Shown here: one piece after another, positions 29,777 to 40,884 of the stretch
Numbering within the stretch: the stretch's first letter is position 1
Layout: every line of letters starts with the position of its first letter
Assembly: GCA_963729045.1 (NCBI GenBank)
Contig: CAVSMN010000009.1
Coordinates: forward strand, 170,480 to 234,479
Direction: 5' to 3'
Length of the DNA stretch: 64,000 nucleotides
Origin: an uncultured Nitrososphaeraceae archaeon
GTDB taxonomy: Archaea > Thermoproteota > Nitrososphaeria > Nitrososphaerales > Nitrososphaeraceae
Program-made: the position numbers and the translations under genes
The notes under the pieces: generated by a model
The model's database searches: none
Seen by the model: only the letters and a program-made list of their open reading frames with translations
What the model was told of the DNA's origin: nothing

Positions 29777-29872
29777 ATGAGCAAGAACGAATTTAGATGT
29801 TGTATTGAATGTGGTTCAAAAATGTCTAAAAATATTAAATTATGCCCAGCCTGTGGAGAATCTCAGGGCTAG
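29777..29872 (+). CDS. 31-aa CPxCG-type zinc-ribbon microprotein (not in the ORF track)
   Basis: MSKNEFRCCIECGSKMSKNIKLCPACGESQG*; CxxC-x10-CPxCG; AT-rich TATA-like sequence ~30 nt upstream. Confidence 0.7.
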   Translation: MSKNEFRCCIECGSKMSKNIKLCPACGESQG

Positions 29873-29992
29873 ATTTAAATATTTTTGCTAGACTCATTTT
29901 CCATTTTATTGCTCTTATTTTTAGATAATCATGACAGTTTATTTTCACATATAGTCATTATTAAAATACCTCTATTTTTTAATAATTAGACG

Positions 29993-30484
29993 ATGGTAAA
30001 AAAAATAACTCTCCTTATTCCCGTGATTATTTCAGCCTTTGTAATAGGGATTTTAGGAATTATCTTTGTTCCATCAGATATTAAGAATGCAAACATCAAT
30101 TTTTCAAAAGGAACTATAAAAATAGACGAAAAACTTTTGACCGTCGAAATTGCTGATTCGGATTTTGATAGACAACGATGGTTAACATTTAGGAACGACA
30201 AACCTGATTTGGATTCCGGGTTACTATTGATATATGATAAACCTGATTTATATTCAATGTGGTTGTTAAATATAAAATATCCATTAGATTTAATGTGGTT
30301 TGATCGAAATGGCGATATAGTTTATATTAAAAAAGATGCCCAACCCTGTGATAATATACTTGATTCATCCAAATGCACATTTAAGAATACAAAGCCGGCA
30401 GGATTTGTGTTGGCTAGTTCGTCGGGATTCATCCAACACAACAACATAACAGAAAGTTCAAAATTAGAAATAATTTCAGTTTGA
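29993..30484 (+). CDS. DUF192 domain protein, membrane-anchored
   Basis: N-terminal TM; VEIAD, L.FR, MWLLNIKYPLDLMWFD and AQPC motifs. Confidence 0.85.
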   Translation: MVKKITLLIPVIISAFVIGILGIIFVPSDIKNANINFSKGTIKIDEKLLTVEIADSDFDRQRWLTFRNDKPDLDSGLLLIYDKPDLYSMWLLNIKYPLDLMWFDRNGDIVYIKKDAQPCDNILDSSKCTFKNTKPAGFVLASSSGFIQHNNITESSKLEIISV

Positions 30485-30650
30485 AACTCTATTTTTCTCT
30501 TTTACTACACATTACTTTTGTCAAGAGCAGTATCACTAACTCTTAAGTTCGACAACAAGAAAGTAAAAGACAGAATTGCTTTAAACCGGTAACAAATAGA
30601 GTAGGATGTGGCTTAATTAGAGAATCAAGAGTAGCCATATTGTATTATTT

Positions 30651-32585
30651 TTATAAATGCTTATTTATTTCTTGTAGTTCATGAGTTATTTCTTCAATGG
30701 ACGCCTCATCCTCAAGGGTAGTGATATCTCCAATAGTCTCGTTGTTTACAATAGATTTTAGAAGTCTTCTCATTATTTTGCCACTTCGTGTCTTTGGTAA
30801 CTTATTTACAAAATAAATCTTTTCAGCAGATGCAATTGGCCCTATTGTATTTTTGATGTGCTCATTTACCTCTATATCTAAGTGCGAAGATAATTCTGCT
30901 CCTTTTCTTAGTACCAGAAATGCGATGATTGTTTCACCTTTGATTTCATCCTTTTTACTAGTGACAGCTGCCTCAGCGATTGAAGGATGAGAGATAAAAG
31001 CACTTTCAAGTTCTATAGTTCCTAATCTGTGACCGGCAACCTTCAATATATCATCTGCTCTTCCTAGTATCCAATAATATCCATCATTATCTACATATGC
31101 AAAATCACCTGCAAAGTAACTATTATGTGTCTTTTCCCAGTACGTTTTTTCATATCTTTCGTTATTGTTCCACAATGAAAGGAGCATTCCGGGCCAAGGT
31201 TCTTTTACAGTTAAATATCCTTTTTTATTGGCTTCTACTTTTTTACCATGGTCATCTACTATTTCTAATTCTATGCCTGGTAATGAAAATGTTCCAGAAC
31301 CAGGTTTCATTTGGATAATCTCAATTCCGGTACACATACTTATCATGATACCACCAGTCTCAGTTTGCCACCACGTATCTATTATAGGACAATTACTTTT
31401 ACCAATTGTATTGAAATACCACATCCAAACCTCTGGATTTATTGGCTCTCCTACCGTGCCCAATAGTCGCAAACTTGATAAATCATACGAATTGGGTATG
31501 TCATTTCCATATCTCATATATGATCTCAAGGCTGTGGGTGTGGTATATAGAATGGTTACCCCGTGTTTTTCAATAATATTCCAATATTGACCTTGGTCAG
31601 GGTAATCTGGTGCACCCTCATAAATAATTTCAGTTACTCCATGCATCAATGGTCCATATACTATGTAGCTATGTCCGGTTACCCAGCCTATATCTGCTGT
31701 ACAGAAAAATACATCTGTTGGGACAAAATTGAAGACCCATTTTGCCGAGTTAAACAAATGAGTCAAGTATCCTCCGCTTCCATGGACAACACCTTTCGGT
31801 TTACCTGTGGTCCCTGATGTATATAATATAAACAAAGGATCGTTACTTTCCATCCATTCTGACTCACAATAGTTGGATTCTTTGTTTACTAAATCTTCGA
31901 ACCACATGTCTTTTTCATCGATGTCTATATCTTCATGCGTTCTTTTAACGACTATTACTTTTTCAACAGTAGGGGTTTGTTTTACAGCTTCATCAACTAT
32001 TTTTTTCAATGGTATTATTTTCCCTCTTCTATATCCTCCGTCTGCTGTAATTATTATCCTGGATTCAGCATCATTCACTCTGTCAATGATTGATTGAGAA
32101 CTAAACCCTGAAAAAATAACAGAATGAATTGCTCCTATTCTAGCACAAGCAAGCATTGATATGACTAATTCGGGTATCATCGGTAGGTAAATTGTGATTC
32201 TGTCTCCTTTTTTTATACCAAGCCTTTTGAGTGCGTTGGCCAGTTGATTCACTCTATAAAACAATTGATTATAGGTAATAGTAACAGATTTTCCATCTTC
32301 CCCTTCCCAAATAATCGCTGCCTGATTCTTCTTTTCACTTGTTAGATGTCTATCAAGACAATTATAGGCGGCATTTAGTTTACCTCCTAAGAACCATCTA
32401 GCAAAAGGAGGGTTCCAGTCCAATACTTGCTCCCATTCTTTAAACCATGCCAAATTCTTTGCACAATTTGACCAAAATTGTTTTGGATCTATTTGGGATA
32501 TTCTTTTTAATTCTTTTATCTTATTTCCATCTAGAGAAATGATTTCTTGATGTCCATCATCCTTGCGATATTGAGGATCAATCAT
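30651..32585 (-). CDS. acs: Acetate--CoA ligase (AMP-forming acetyl-CoA synthetase family)
   Basis: YTSGTTGKPKG, TVGEPINP, DTWWQTETGG, GRADD and PKTRSGKIMRR. Confidence 0.92.
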   Translation of the reverse strand: MIDPQYRKDDGHQEIISLDGNKIKELKRISQIDPKQFWSNCAKNLAWFKEWEQVLDWNPPFARWFLGGKLNAAYNCLDRHLTSEKKNQAAIIWEGEDGKSVTITYNQLFYRVNQLANALKRLGIKKGDRITIYLPMIPELVISMLACARIGAIHSVIFSGFSSQSIIDRVNDAESRIIITADGGYRRGKIIPLKKIVDEAVKQTPTVEKVIVVKRTHEDIDIDEKDMWFEDLVNKESNYCESEWMESNDPLFILYTSGTTGKPKGVVHGSGGYLTHLFNSAKWVFNFVPTDVFFCTADIGWVTGHSYIVYGPLMHGVTEIIYEGAPDYPDQGQYWNIIEKHGVTILYTTPTALRSYMRYGNDIPNSYDLSSLRLLGTVGEPINPEVWMWYFNTIGKSNCPIIDTWWQTETGGIMISMCTGIEIIQMKPGSGTFSLPGIELEIVDDHGKKVEANKKGYLTVKEPWPGMLLSLWNNNERYEKTYWEKTHNSYFAGDFAYVDNDGYYWILGRADDILKVAGHRLGTIELESAFISHPSIAEAAVTSKKDEIKGETIIAFLVLRKGAELSSHLDIEVNEHIKNTIGPIASAEKIYFVNKLPKTRSGKIMRRLLKSIVNNETIGDITTLEDEASIEEITHELQEINKHL

Positions 32586-32817
32586 GAAAAAGGAAAGATT
32601 TTTCTTTACTTAAATGCTTTCGTTATTTATTATAGTGTATTATCTATATGCGATTCCTCTATCAAAAACCATTCACAATCATACCAATTTACACATATTA
32701 TTCATTCAAAAATTTTTCTTTCAGTGGCAATTTCAAATTACATAATAAACTTATATAGGAATGTTATATTTGATTGTTGCAATAAACTAAAATAAATAAA
32801 GAGAACGAAAATAAAGT

Positions 32818-33075
32818 GTGAAATATAGAAGTCGAACTGAAATAGTGGCCATGATACTGGATGCAGCCAACGGCGGAGCAACCAAGACAAAAATCATGTA
32901 TAAAGCATTTTTAAGTTATGCCCAGTTACGTGAATATTTATCAGTATTAATTGAAAATAATCTAATCGAATATGTTGAAGGTTCTCAAACTTACAAAACC
33001 ACCGAAAAAGGCTTAAACTTTCTTAAAATGCACAATGAAATTGGAGAACTCTTAAGTTCAACTACTCAAAAGTAA
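32818..33075 (+). CDS. Small winged-helix protein, diverged fourth paralog
   Basis: MKYRSRTEIVAMILDAANGGATKTKIMYKAFLSYAQLREY...YKTTEKG. Confidence 0.88.
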   Translation: MKYRSRTEIVAMILDAANGGATKTKIMYKAFLSYAQLREYLSVLIENNLIEYVEGSQTYKTTEKGLNFLKMHNEIGELLSSTTQK

Positions 33076-33242
33076 AACTACTTTTCAAATTTTTATAAAT
33101 TCTTGTAATTTATGTTTTTTTTAATAAATTTTACAAGTGTAGTCAATCAAATAAATAAAGAGTGAAGGAATGATCAAAAAACAACTGTGGCTTTCTAACC
33201 AAATACCTGCATATTTCAGATCTTTTTTGTTATTTGTACTCA

Positions 33243-34130
33243 TTAATTATTTGTAGCCATTATATGGGTGGATTCGTTGTTTTCTATATTATTTCCTAAT
33301 GACGCCTCTACATAGTTAGTTACTTCATTGGTAGAACTTTCACCACCTTCTGCATTTGATCCCATCTCTTGTTGTTCCTGGTCTTGTTGAATCCCTTGAT
33401 TATAATTCGTATCTTGTTCCGATTCTTGGGTTAGCTTTTGAATATTGTAATCTAATACCTCTTCTTTATCTTCATTTTGAACGTTTAATTGATCATTCTT
33501 GATTTCGCTATTGTTTGAGGTAACTGTATTGTCTACTGTTTGTTGTGTAAGCTTGTTAATTATGTTGTTTATTTCTGTTTTTTCTAAGTTGACGTGTTCT
33601 ATTAATTCATTAGTGTGCATAGTTATCTGTTGATAAATATCTTCTGTTATTTCGTTACTCTTATATTGCAACTTTGCATCAAATAAAACTGCTTTTATCC
33701 TTTTCGATTCCATATCTATTTCAGATATTCTCTGATGAAGTCTCTCGATAATCTCTTTGGTGTTTTCGCCTAAATCATCCAACCTTTTTTCATACTTTAA
33801 GTATACCAATTCTGCATCATCTTTCATATTGTCGTTATCAGCTACGATTTCTTGCAAAGCTTTAATCCTCTTCAATGTCAAAGATTTTTCTCGCAAGAGC
33901 TTTTGTGCATCTAAGCGCCATCTCGGAATAAAAATGACATAGTCTCCTTGTACCAACAGTTGTTCATATGGTAAATTTTTTATACCACTTGATCCACAAT
34001 CAACACTAACAGACTCTATAGATCCTTCTATATCTGTGATGATACCTACAACTTTTCCAATGAATGTTCCATACATGTCTTTAACTTTTTTACTGACAAA
34101 TTCGAGCTTCAATTCGCTCATGCAATTCAA
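33243..34130 (-). CDS. cdvA: CdvA-like cell division protein
   Basis: N-terminal PRC-barrel-like VKDMYGTFIGKVVG, FIPRWR, long coiled coil and acidic tail. Confidence 0.82.
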   Translation of the reverse strand: MNCMSELKLEFVSKKVKDMYGTFIGKVVGIITDIEGSIESVSVDCGSSGIKNLPYEQLLVQGDYVIFIPRWRLDAQKLLREKSLTLKRIKALQEIVADNDNMKDDAELVYLKYEKRLDDLGENTKEIIERLHQRISEIDMESKRIKAVLFDAKLQYKSNEITEDIYQQITMHTNELIEHVNLEKTEINNIINKLTQQTVDNTVTSNNSEIKNDQLNVQNEDKEEVLDYNIQKLTQESEQDTNYNQGIQQDQEQQEMGSNAEGGESSTNEVTNYVEASLGNNIENNESTHIMATNN

Positions 34131-34226
34131 TTTGTAGATGAGTATAATGCTCGCTGTGTGAAAAAGATTTTATAATATTGTAAGATTTAATCAACTATAA
34201 GTACAATTACATGTATACAATAAACT

Positions 34227-35924
34227 TTGAATAAGAAATTGAATCAAGAAAATTTTAATAATGATGAAAGAAAAAAACTTGAATCTCATTTTTCCAATTC
34301 AGACAGTAGTGTATTTGTAATAATTACTCCACATCAGGTCGATCGTGGAGCTTTGATGTCTAGATATTCTAGGACTGATAAGACGATGAGAAGGATATTT
34401 ATTGATGAATTTCTACCAAATCCCAATAGAGGTCTGGAATTTTATAACAGAGTCCTTTTAGAATATGGCGATGAATCTGTAGCTGAACTCGGGACAGCTC
34501 AATGTGCTTTGGAATGGATATCCAATATATCTGCACAAAAAATAGAAGATCATAGGATCGGATTATCATTTTTAGAAAAATCATCCCGCTACGTTGCATT
34601 TGATAAAAAAATTAACGGAGTTTATAAATATTTTAGGGATAAAAAAATCATGTCTTCCGTTTATGCCGACAAGTATATACAGTCATGTGATTTGGCATTT
34701 GAAACTTATTCAAAGAATATCTTACCTATGCAACAGTATTTAAAAGAAAAAATTCCAATAGATAATCTTGTTTTTAATGATTCTGAAACAAAAACTGATA
34801 CCCTCTTTAACAACCTAAAAAGCTCTAAAGATATTGACAATGCAAAAAAAATATATAATTCATCCATCAAGGCCAAAGCTTTAGACATATTGAGAAATCT
34901 CCTTCCATCTTCAACTCTCACTAATCTGGCAATTACAGGAAATGGAAGAGCGTTTGAATATCTTTTGTTTAATATGAACTCCTCCGAATTAGGAGAAATC
35001 AAAAATTTAGGTGATTTATTATATAAAGAACTGGAAAAGTACATTGAACCATTTATCAAACGATCAAAAGATAGACACAGCATTTCATATTGCAAATACC
35101 TTGATAATACCGAGAAATCAATTTCAAGAATTCTGGATAAGGATCTTTATCAAAAACATGATGAGATTTCCGTTAATGACATTCCATTAGATACTTTCAT
35201 TAATATCAAAAGTTTCACAGGTGTCAAATTGCTTTATCATATACCCAATATTGAAGCAGAAATCAAATTGGTTGCCTCTATTTTGCATGAATATGGTAGA
35301 GGTCTATCCATGTCTTTTTTACTAGATCTTGTTACTACCTTCTCTGAAGAAAAGCGACATGAGATTATTCGTGCATATTCTCATTTTAGAGAAAATAGAC
35401 GGCATAGACCTGGAAGAGCTTTTGAGGTAATTGATTATTCATTTGAATTAGTAACTAATTATGGAATGTTTAGGGATCTTCATAGGCATAGACTTTTGAC
35501 TATGAGTCGACAGTTGTTATCTACAAAATATGGGTTTGATGTTCCAGAGGAGATTAGTGAATTAGGAATAGAAAAGGATTATAGTGATTGTATGTATCAT
35601 AGTGCTGATACTTACAAGTTAATCTCATCTACGATGCCTGCAGAAGCACAATATGCTGTAACTTTTGCTTATAGGTATCCATATTTTATAAAAATGAATC
35701 TTCGTGAAGCATGTCATATGATTGAACTAAGGACAACTCCGCAGGGCCATCCAGACTATCGAAATGCGTGTCAGAAAATGTATTCACTGATAAAGCAGGT
35801 CAATCCTGTTATTTCTGAAGGTATCAAATTTGTAGATATGAATAGTTATGATTTAGAAAGATTCAAATCAGAAAAAAATACCGTATTGAAAAAATCTAAA
35901 TATAAATTAATCGATACATTCTGA
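34227..35924 (+). CDS. thyX: FAD-dependent thymidylate synthase (tandem Thy1 domains)
   Basis: [31 protein letters not shown] and [13 protein letters not shown]. Confidence 0.9.
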   Translation: MNKKLNQENFNNDERKKLESHFSNSDSSVFVIITPHQVDRGALMSRYSRTDKTMRRIFIDEFLPNPNRGLEFYNRVLLEYGDESVAELGTAQCALEWISNISAQKIEDHRIGLSFLEKSSRYVAFDKKINGVYKYFRDKKIMSSVYADKYIQSCDLAFETYSKNILPMQQYLKEKIPIDNLVFNDSETKTDTLFNNLKSSKDIDNAKKIYNSSIKAKALDILRNLLPSSTLTNLAITGNGRAFEYLLFNMNSSELGEIKNLGDLLYKELEKYIEPFIKRSKDRHSISYCKYLDNTEKSISRILDKDLYQKHDEISVNDIPLDTFINIKSFTGVKLLYHIPNIEAEIKLVASILHEYGRGLSMSFLLDLVTTFSEEKRHEIIRAYSHFRENRRHRPGRAFEVIDYSFELVTNYGMFRDLHRHRLLTMSRQLLSTKYGFDVPEEISELGIEKDYSDCMYHSADTYKLISSTMPAEAQYAVTFAYRYPYFIKMNLREACHMIELRTTPQGHPDYRNACQKMYSLIKQVNPVISEGIKFVDMNSYDLERFKSEKNTVLKKSKYKLIDTF

Positions 35925-35963
35925 TTTCTTCTTATAGTATCTCCAATATTACTACTTTTTTCA

Positions 35964-36993
35964 TTAAAACCATTTGTCAAGAGATTGACTTCTTTTAACA
36001 ATACTTTTTTCAAGCCTTCCCAAGTGGTTGATAACCCTTTCATTGGAGAAATTTTTCTCATCACAAAGATATTTTATGGTTTTTTCCTTCTCTATCTCAT
36101 TAAATTCAATATTTAAGTCCTCTATGTCAGTAACTTGGGGATTCAGAAATATTTCCCTAATTTCATTGTATGGAGTGGTCAATAGTTCTGCTTTTATTTT
36201 TTCTATGTCTTCAATCTTCTTGTACTTTTGTATCAATTTTAGAGCATTTTTTGGACCGATGCCACTAAATCCATCAGGATTAAAGTCAGTACCAATCAAG
36301 ATTCCAACATCCACAAGCTGCTGGTGAGTTAGATTATTGGTCTTTAGTACTCTGAGAGTACTCTATTATTTCTGGTACGATATCAACATACACATTTCTG
36401 TTGGGGATTTTTCTTTTCCCACTAACTGTCAAATTCCTTATCAACCTTTTAGCACCAAATAGTATTGAATCATAATCTTGACTCACGGATGAATATGCTA
36501 AATCCTTCTTAGATAGAAGTGCGGCGGTTGCTTCCCCTTCTGACTTTGCAGTAATATATGGAATACCCATCAATGACAATAAGCATTTTGATTCTTCAAT
36601 CATTTTAGAGGTTAGAATTGAAGTTCCCTGACTAAATTTTTTTGCGTCATCTAATCTTCCCTCTTCCAATGCTACATTATACTTTTCAGTTGCTTCTTCT
36701 TTGACTTTTCTTCTTCTTTGAATTTCTCCTGATTTCAATCTATGAGGTAATCCGTCGAAAATATATACTAATTTGACTCCATCACTAAGTAAATTTATGT
36801 TTCTATAAAAAAGTCCACTGAGATGACTGGTGGGTTCTCCTTGGTTGTTTGCTAGTAATTCTCCAGTGGGACCTCTAATTGTCGCTAAGAATTGATAAAT
36901 TACATTGAAAGCATCTATCGCAACCACTTTTCCATCTAAATCAGAAATTCTGATAGGATTAGATGTAATCAATGGTTTTAGGTTTAATCCCAT
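35964..36993 (-). CDS. fen1: Flap endonuclease 1, split by one frameshift at ~36353 (probable sequencing error)
   Basis: IDAFN, QFLATIR, TSHLSGLFYR, EGEA and SQDYD in 36334..36993; the second frame reads RVLKTNNLTHQQLVDVGILIGTDFNPDG..GIGPK and ends in the PIP box QSLDKWF. Confidence 0.92.
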
Positions 36994-37399
36994 ATTCTGA
37001 TGTTCTACCCTTTATGATTTTTAAATATTTGATATCTTACAGTCTTGTAATAACGAGACTACTATTTATTATTCATAATAAGATCAGTTCAAATAAATAA
37101 GCCTACCAAAAGTAAAATTTAAACATTGATACATAAATTATTCAATACGGTGTATAGGCAGTAGCCAAATAACTAATTCTAATACCTGTATCAGGACTGG
37201 TCAACTATAGAATAATGAATGTCACATAGTTAAGACGGTATTAACAATAGTTCGCACAGGATATTAACCGGTTCTAATTATACAAGAGATCTATTGTATA
37301 TGTCTTAAATTCTATTTATAATTTGTCCCTGGGTATTATTCAAATCTCTTAGAACTATCTTTGATTCGTTAATTTCCTGCTTCAACCCATCCTTCTCTA

Positions 37400-38009
37400 A
37401 TATCATTTGATCTAAATATTGTGGAAATTCTGAAAGAGGTAAAGGCTTGTTTTCCTTCTTTCTTTATACATTTGTTTATTCTTCTTTTTCTATTTGACCA
37501 TCAAATACTTTGCCGTTTTCATGTTGAAATCCTGTGAAATCAACAAATCCATCAAGTAAATCCATTCCTTTTTCAGCATGTGGATTCATTCTTTAGGGTT
37601 AATATTTCCATTTGATTTTGAAAAATTTATTAGATCGTAAATAAATCACCTATGAAACCTGGGATTATATTATTACGTGTGCAAATTAAATAAATGTCCC
37701 GAACAAAAGAAAAAAAATTTATCATCGTCATTCACTCCTAGTAATTTCAACATTTTGCCATTCCTAAACCCCTCTGCACATTCACCAACGGCAATGCCTG
37801 ATTTTTTAACTAAAATGGCAGATTCTCTTAAATTTTCTATATCTGGCATTCACCATTTTTTCTTTCCATTTTGTAATTATCCCTGTGACGGTGCCTTGAC
37901 TAATGCTAGTTTCTTTTGCTATTGTGTCTCTTGTTTTACGTTTTAGCAGTCGTATCACTAGTGATTCCTTTAACGACTGCCTTTGATCAATTAATTCTAC
38001 AAGAATCAC
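37400..38009 (-). pseudogene. Degraded gene with N-terminal HTH
   Basis: LKESLVIRLLKRKTRDTIAKETSISQGTVTGIITKWKE is HTH-like; downstream frames are interrupted by several stops and shifts. Confidence 0.5.
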
Positions 38010-38338
38010 ACTAATATGGCTAGGTTTAAAAGCAAATAGAATTTATCGTCATTTTCTCCGTCAATTCTGTCATTTTATACCTTTTTCTCATGTAGCGTAG
38101 AAATAAGAAGAATATTGATTCACAATAATAAAAGAATTTTTGTAAGAAATTAATAAAATGATAAAATATAATAAACTTGTATATACTATAATAAATTAGA
38201 AAAGAATTTGGAAATTAGTTAATGAATATCATGATTTATTATTAATCTTTGAATCTGTCTAAATGGACTAACCTTTCAGAGTTTTTAGAATTAACAACCT
38301 CTACTAAAGGTTTAATCTTGGTACCTGAAAATCTATTA

Positions 38339-38380
38339 TTACCTATGAGAAGAGGTTTGGGTTTAACTTCTCATAGGTAA
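38339..38380. repeat. Perfect 14-bp inverted repeat with 14-bp spacer
   Basis: TTACCTATGAGAAG-AGGTTTGGGTTTAA-CTTCTCATAGGTAA. Confidence 0.85.
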
Positions 38381-39051
38381 GAGATACTATTGAATACCTT
38401 GAATATTTTCACTATTAATTTAGAATTTAAGTTTTAATAGAACAAATTTCTGTTCGATTATACTATAAAGATCTATAACCAGGTATAGTTCTGTTCTATC
38501 TCCAAGAAAAACAGCTCCTTTAAATATCAGGTCTATAGCGAGCTTTTCAAAGCGGATGAAATCCGGTTTAGAGCATTCAAATCTGTGCATTCTTTCACAA
38601 TATATAGATCTTGATTTCTTTTGACGACTATATTGATTTTCATATTGGTAACAAACTATTTGTTATGGGAGTAATTCGGAGATGAGATTATCTTAATGAA
38701 GTAGTAAATCCGAGTGGGTCTCTAAATGGATTATCATAATGTTTTAAAACATCTATTCCCAAAATACTTGATACATCAACTGCATCTTGGTTACCTTTTA
38801 TTTTACTCATGATATTTAGTTTGTATAGTTTAATCGTATGTAAGCCCTCGTTTGAATTGAAAACTATTTTTACATAAGATAAATTGTTAAAATGATATTT
38901 TTTCCGTTCGTTTTCATATATTTATTATCCTCGATTAAAACCTCGGTGAAACTAATCCTATTCTATATTCATTGTGTCAACTTAACTGAGTAGTACAAGC
39001 ACAAGTATCTAAAACGAATCATATATCCGTTGGTTGATATAAAAAAAGATA

Positions 39052-39828
39052 CTATAGTTTAGCTGATATTCCCCCATCTAGCGTCATCACTGTTCCGGTT
39101 ATCCACTTTGAATCATCTGAAGCTAAAAATAAAATGGCATTAGCAACATCCTCTGGATCGCCAATCCTTTTTAATGGAAATGATCCCTCTAACATCCTTT
39201 TTGCGTTTTCGTCCTGTAAATATGGCTCCATCATAGGACTGCGAATGGTAGACGGTGCTATACAATTACATCTTATATTGTATTGTCCGTATTCTACTGC
39301 TATACTTTTTGTTAACATTATGATACCTGCCTTTGTGACACCATATACTGAAAACGGTACCTTTGGAATGGCTCTTATTCCCAATAATGATGATATATTG
39401 ATGATATTACCTGATTTTTGTTCGATCATCAAGGGAATCACTGCTTTGATAGGCTGAAACGTTCCTTTTAGATTAACATTCATCAAGTTCGTCCATTGAT
39501 CTTCAGTCATTAGATGGAATGGTGTAGGATCATTAATTATTGCTGCACAATTTATGAGACTATCTATTTTATCAAAAGCAGTCAAAGTTTGTTCAATGAC
39601 ACTTAATACTTCAGATTCATGAGATACATCCGCCGCCATATGTATCAAATTATCATTCTTGCCCAACTCCTCTACCGTTTTTTTTAATTTATTTTTATTT
39701 CTAGAAACTAAAACCACTTTACTACCTTCTTCAAGTACTTTTTGTGCTACTGATTTTCCAATCCCACCAGATGCACCTGTAATAATAGTTACTTTTCCAT
39801 TCAGTTTCATGAAATAATTACGTTGCAA
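39052..39828 (-). CDS. Short-chain dehydrogenase/reductase (FabG-like)
   Basis: TGASGGIG, NISS, YGVTK and ITGTVMTLDGG. Confidence 0.92.
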   Translation of the reverse strand: MQRNYFMKLNGKVTIITGASGGIGKSVAQKVLEEGSKVVLVSRNKNKLKKTVEELGKNDNLIHMAADVSHESEVLSVIEQTLTAFDKIDSLINCAAIINDPTPFHLMTEDQWTNLMNVNLKGTFQPIKAVIPLMIEQKSGNIINISSLLGIRAIPKVPFSVYGVTKAGIIMLTKSIAVEYGQYNIRCNCIAPSTIRSPMMEPYLQDENAKRMLEGSFPLKRIGDPEDVANAILFLASDDSKWITGTVMTLDGGISAKL

Positions 39829-40009
39829 TTAATTAAAAGGCTTTTCAATTTTGCCCGTACAATTCTCGATGTTTATGTAAAAAGGTACTAAAAATGTAGT
39901 TATTGATAGAATGTAATGAATATAATTAATTATAATCGGGCAATATTATCTATTTAACGATAAGAATTACGACAAAATAGATTAATATTGGAAAAATCTT
40001 ATTTTTTAT

Positions 40010-40351
40010 ATGGTTAACGAATTAACTTGTCCTAATTGTTCAACCATGATGCGCGCCAATCAAAGATATGGAGTTGATATCGATTTCTGCCCATCTTGTA
40101 AAGGTATATGGCTAGATAGAGGAGAAATAGAAAAAATCGCTAATGCTTCTAAAAGATATGATGAGGACCCTGCATATTCAAATGGTCCTGCATATTCAAA
40201 TGAACGTCTTGGAAATTATGACGAATATCCAAGGGAAGTAAGAAAATACCGAAACGACGACGATTATGATCATCATCGGTATGAATCTAGTCAATATGGT
40301 TACAAAAAGAAAAAACGAGGATTTTTCACCGACTTTTTTGATTTTGATTAA
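40010..40351 (+). CDS. zf-TFIIB domain protein
   Basis: CPNC...CPSCKGIWLDRGE; tail KKKKRGFFTDFFDFD. Confidence 0.85.
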   Translation: MVNELTCPNCSTMMRANQRYGVDIDFCPSCKGIWLDRGEIEKIANASKRYDEDPAYSNGPAYSNERLGNYDEYPREVRKYRNDDDYDHHRYESSQYGYKKKKRGFFTDFFDFD

Positions 40352-40437
40352 CAAGTAACAAACATCATATTTTTCAAGCCATTCGAAATTTATCAATCTA
40401 TCTTATTCGAAATTATCAAGAATCCAGAACTTATCCA

Positions 40438-40647
40438 TCATAACTTAGGGTTCCCCTCTCTATTTCGATTTTTGCTGCTATTTTTGATATCGATTTTCTT
40501 TTCTCTGTTTAGTATGATTATTATGAGAAGAGGAAATATGAAACCTACAAGAATCATTATTTCTAATGTAATGACTATAAAAAAACCATTAATAATCAAC
40601 CAAACGTAGCAAATTGTTGAAATAAAGTCATACGTACTCTTCAGCAT
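40438..40647 (-). CDS. Small membrane protein
   Basis: ATG start, two hydrophobic segments and a basic tail. Confidence 0.4.
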   Translation of the reverse strand: MLKSTYDFISTICYVWLIINGFFIVITLEIMILVGFIFPLLIIIILNREKKIDIKNSSKNRNREGNPKL

Positions 40648-40884
40648 ATAATTTGGATATATTTTACTTTATAATAAACTAAAAGATCAAGGTCTAAAAA
40701 ATTAATAAAACATCTCTCATCTCCTCGAGGCACAACCCAAAAGATTTCATGAATCTCCATAATACATAAGGAATCTGACTAGTCTATTCTTGGTTTTTCA
40801 TCTGTATTATCATCCTTGATGATTAAATATTGATTATATCATTTTGAAAAAATTGCATTTAATAGCACGCAGAGATTACCATGA

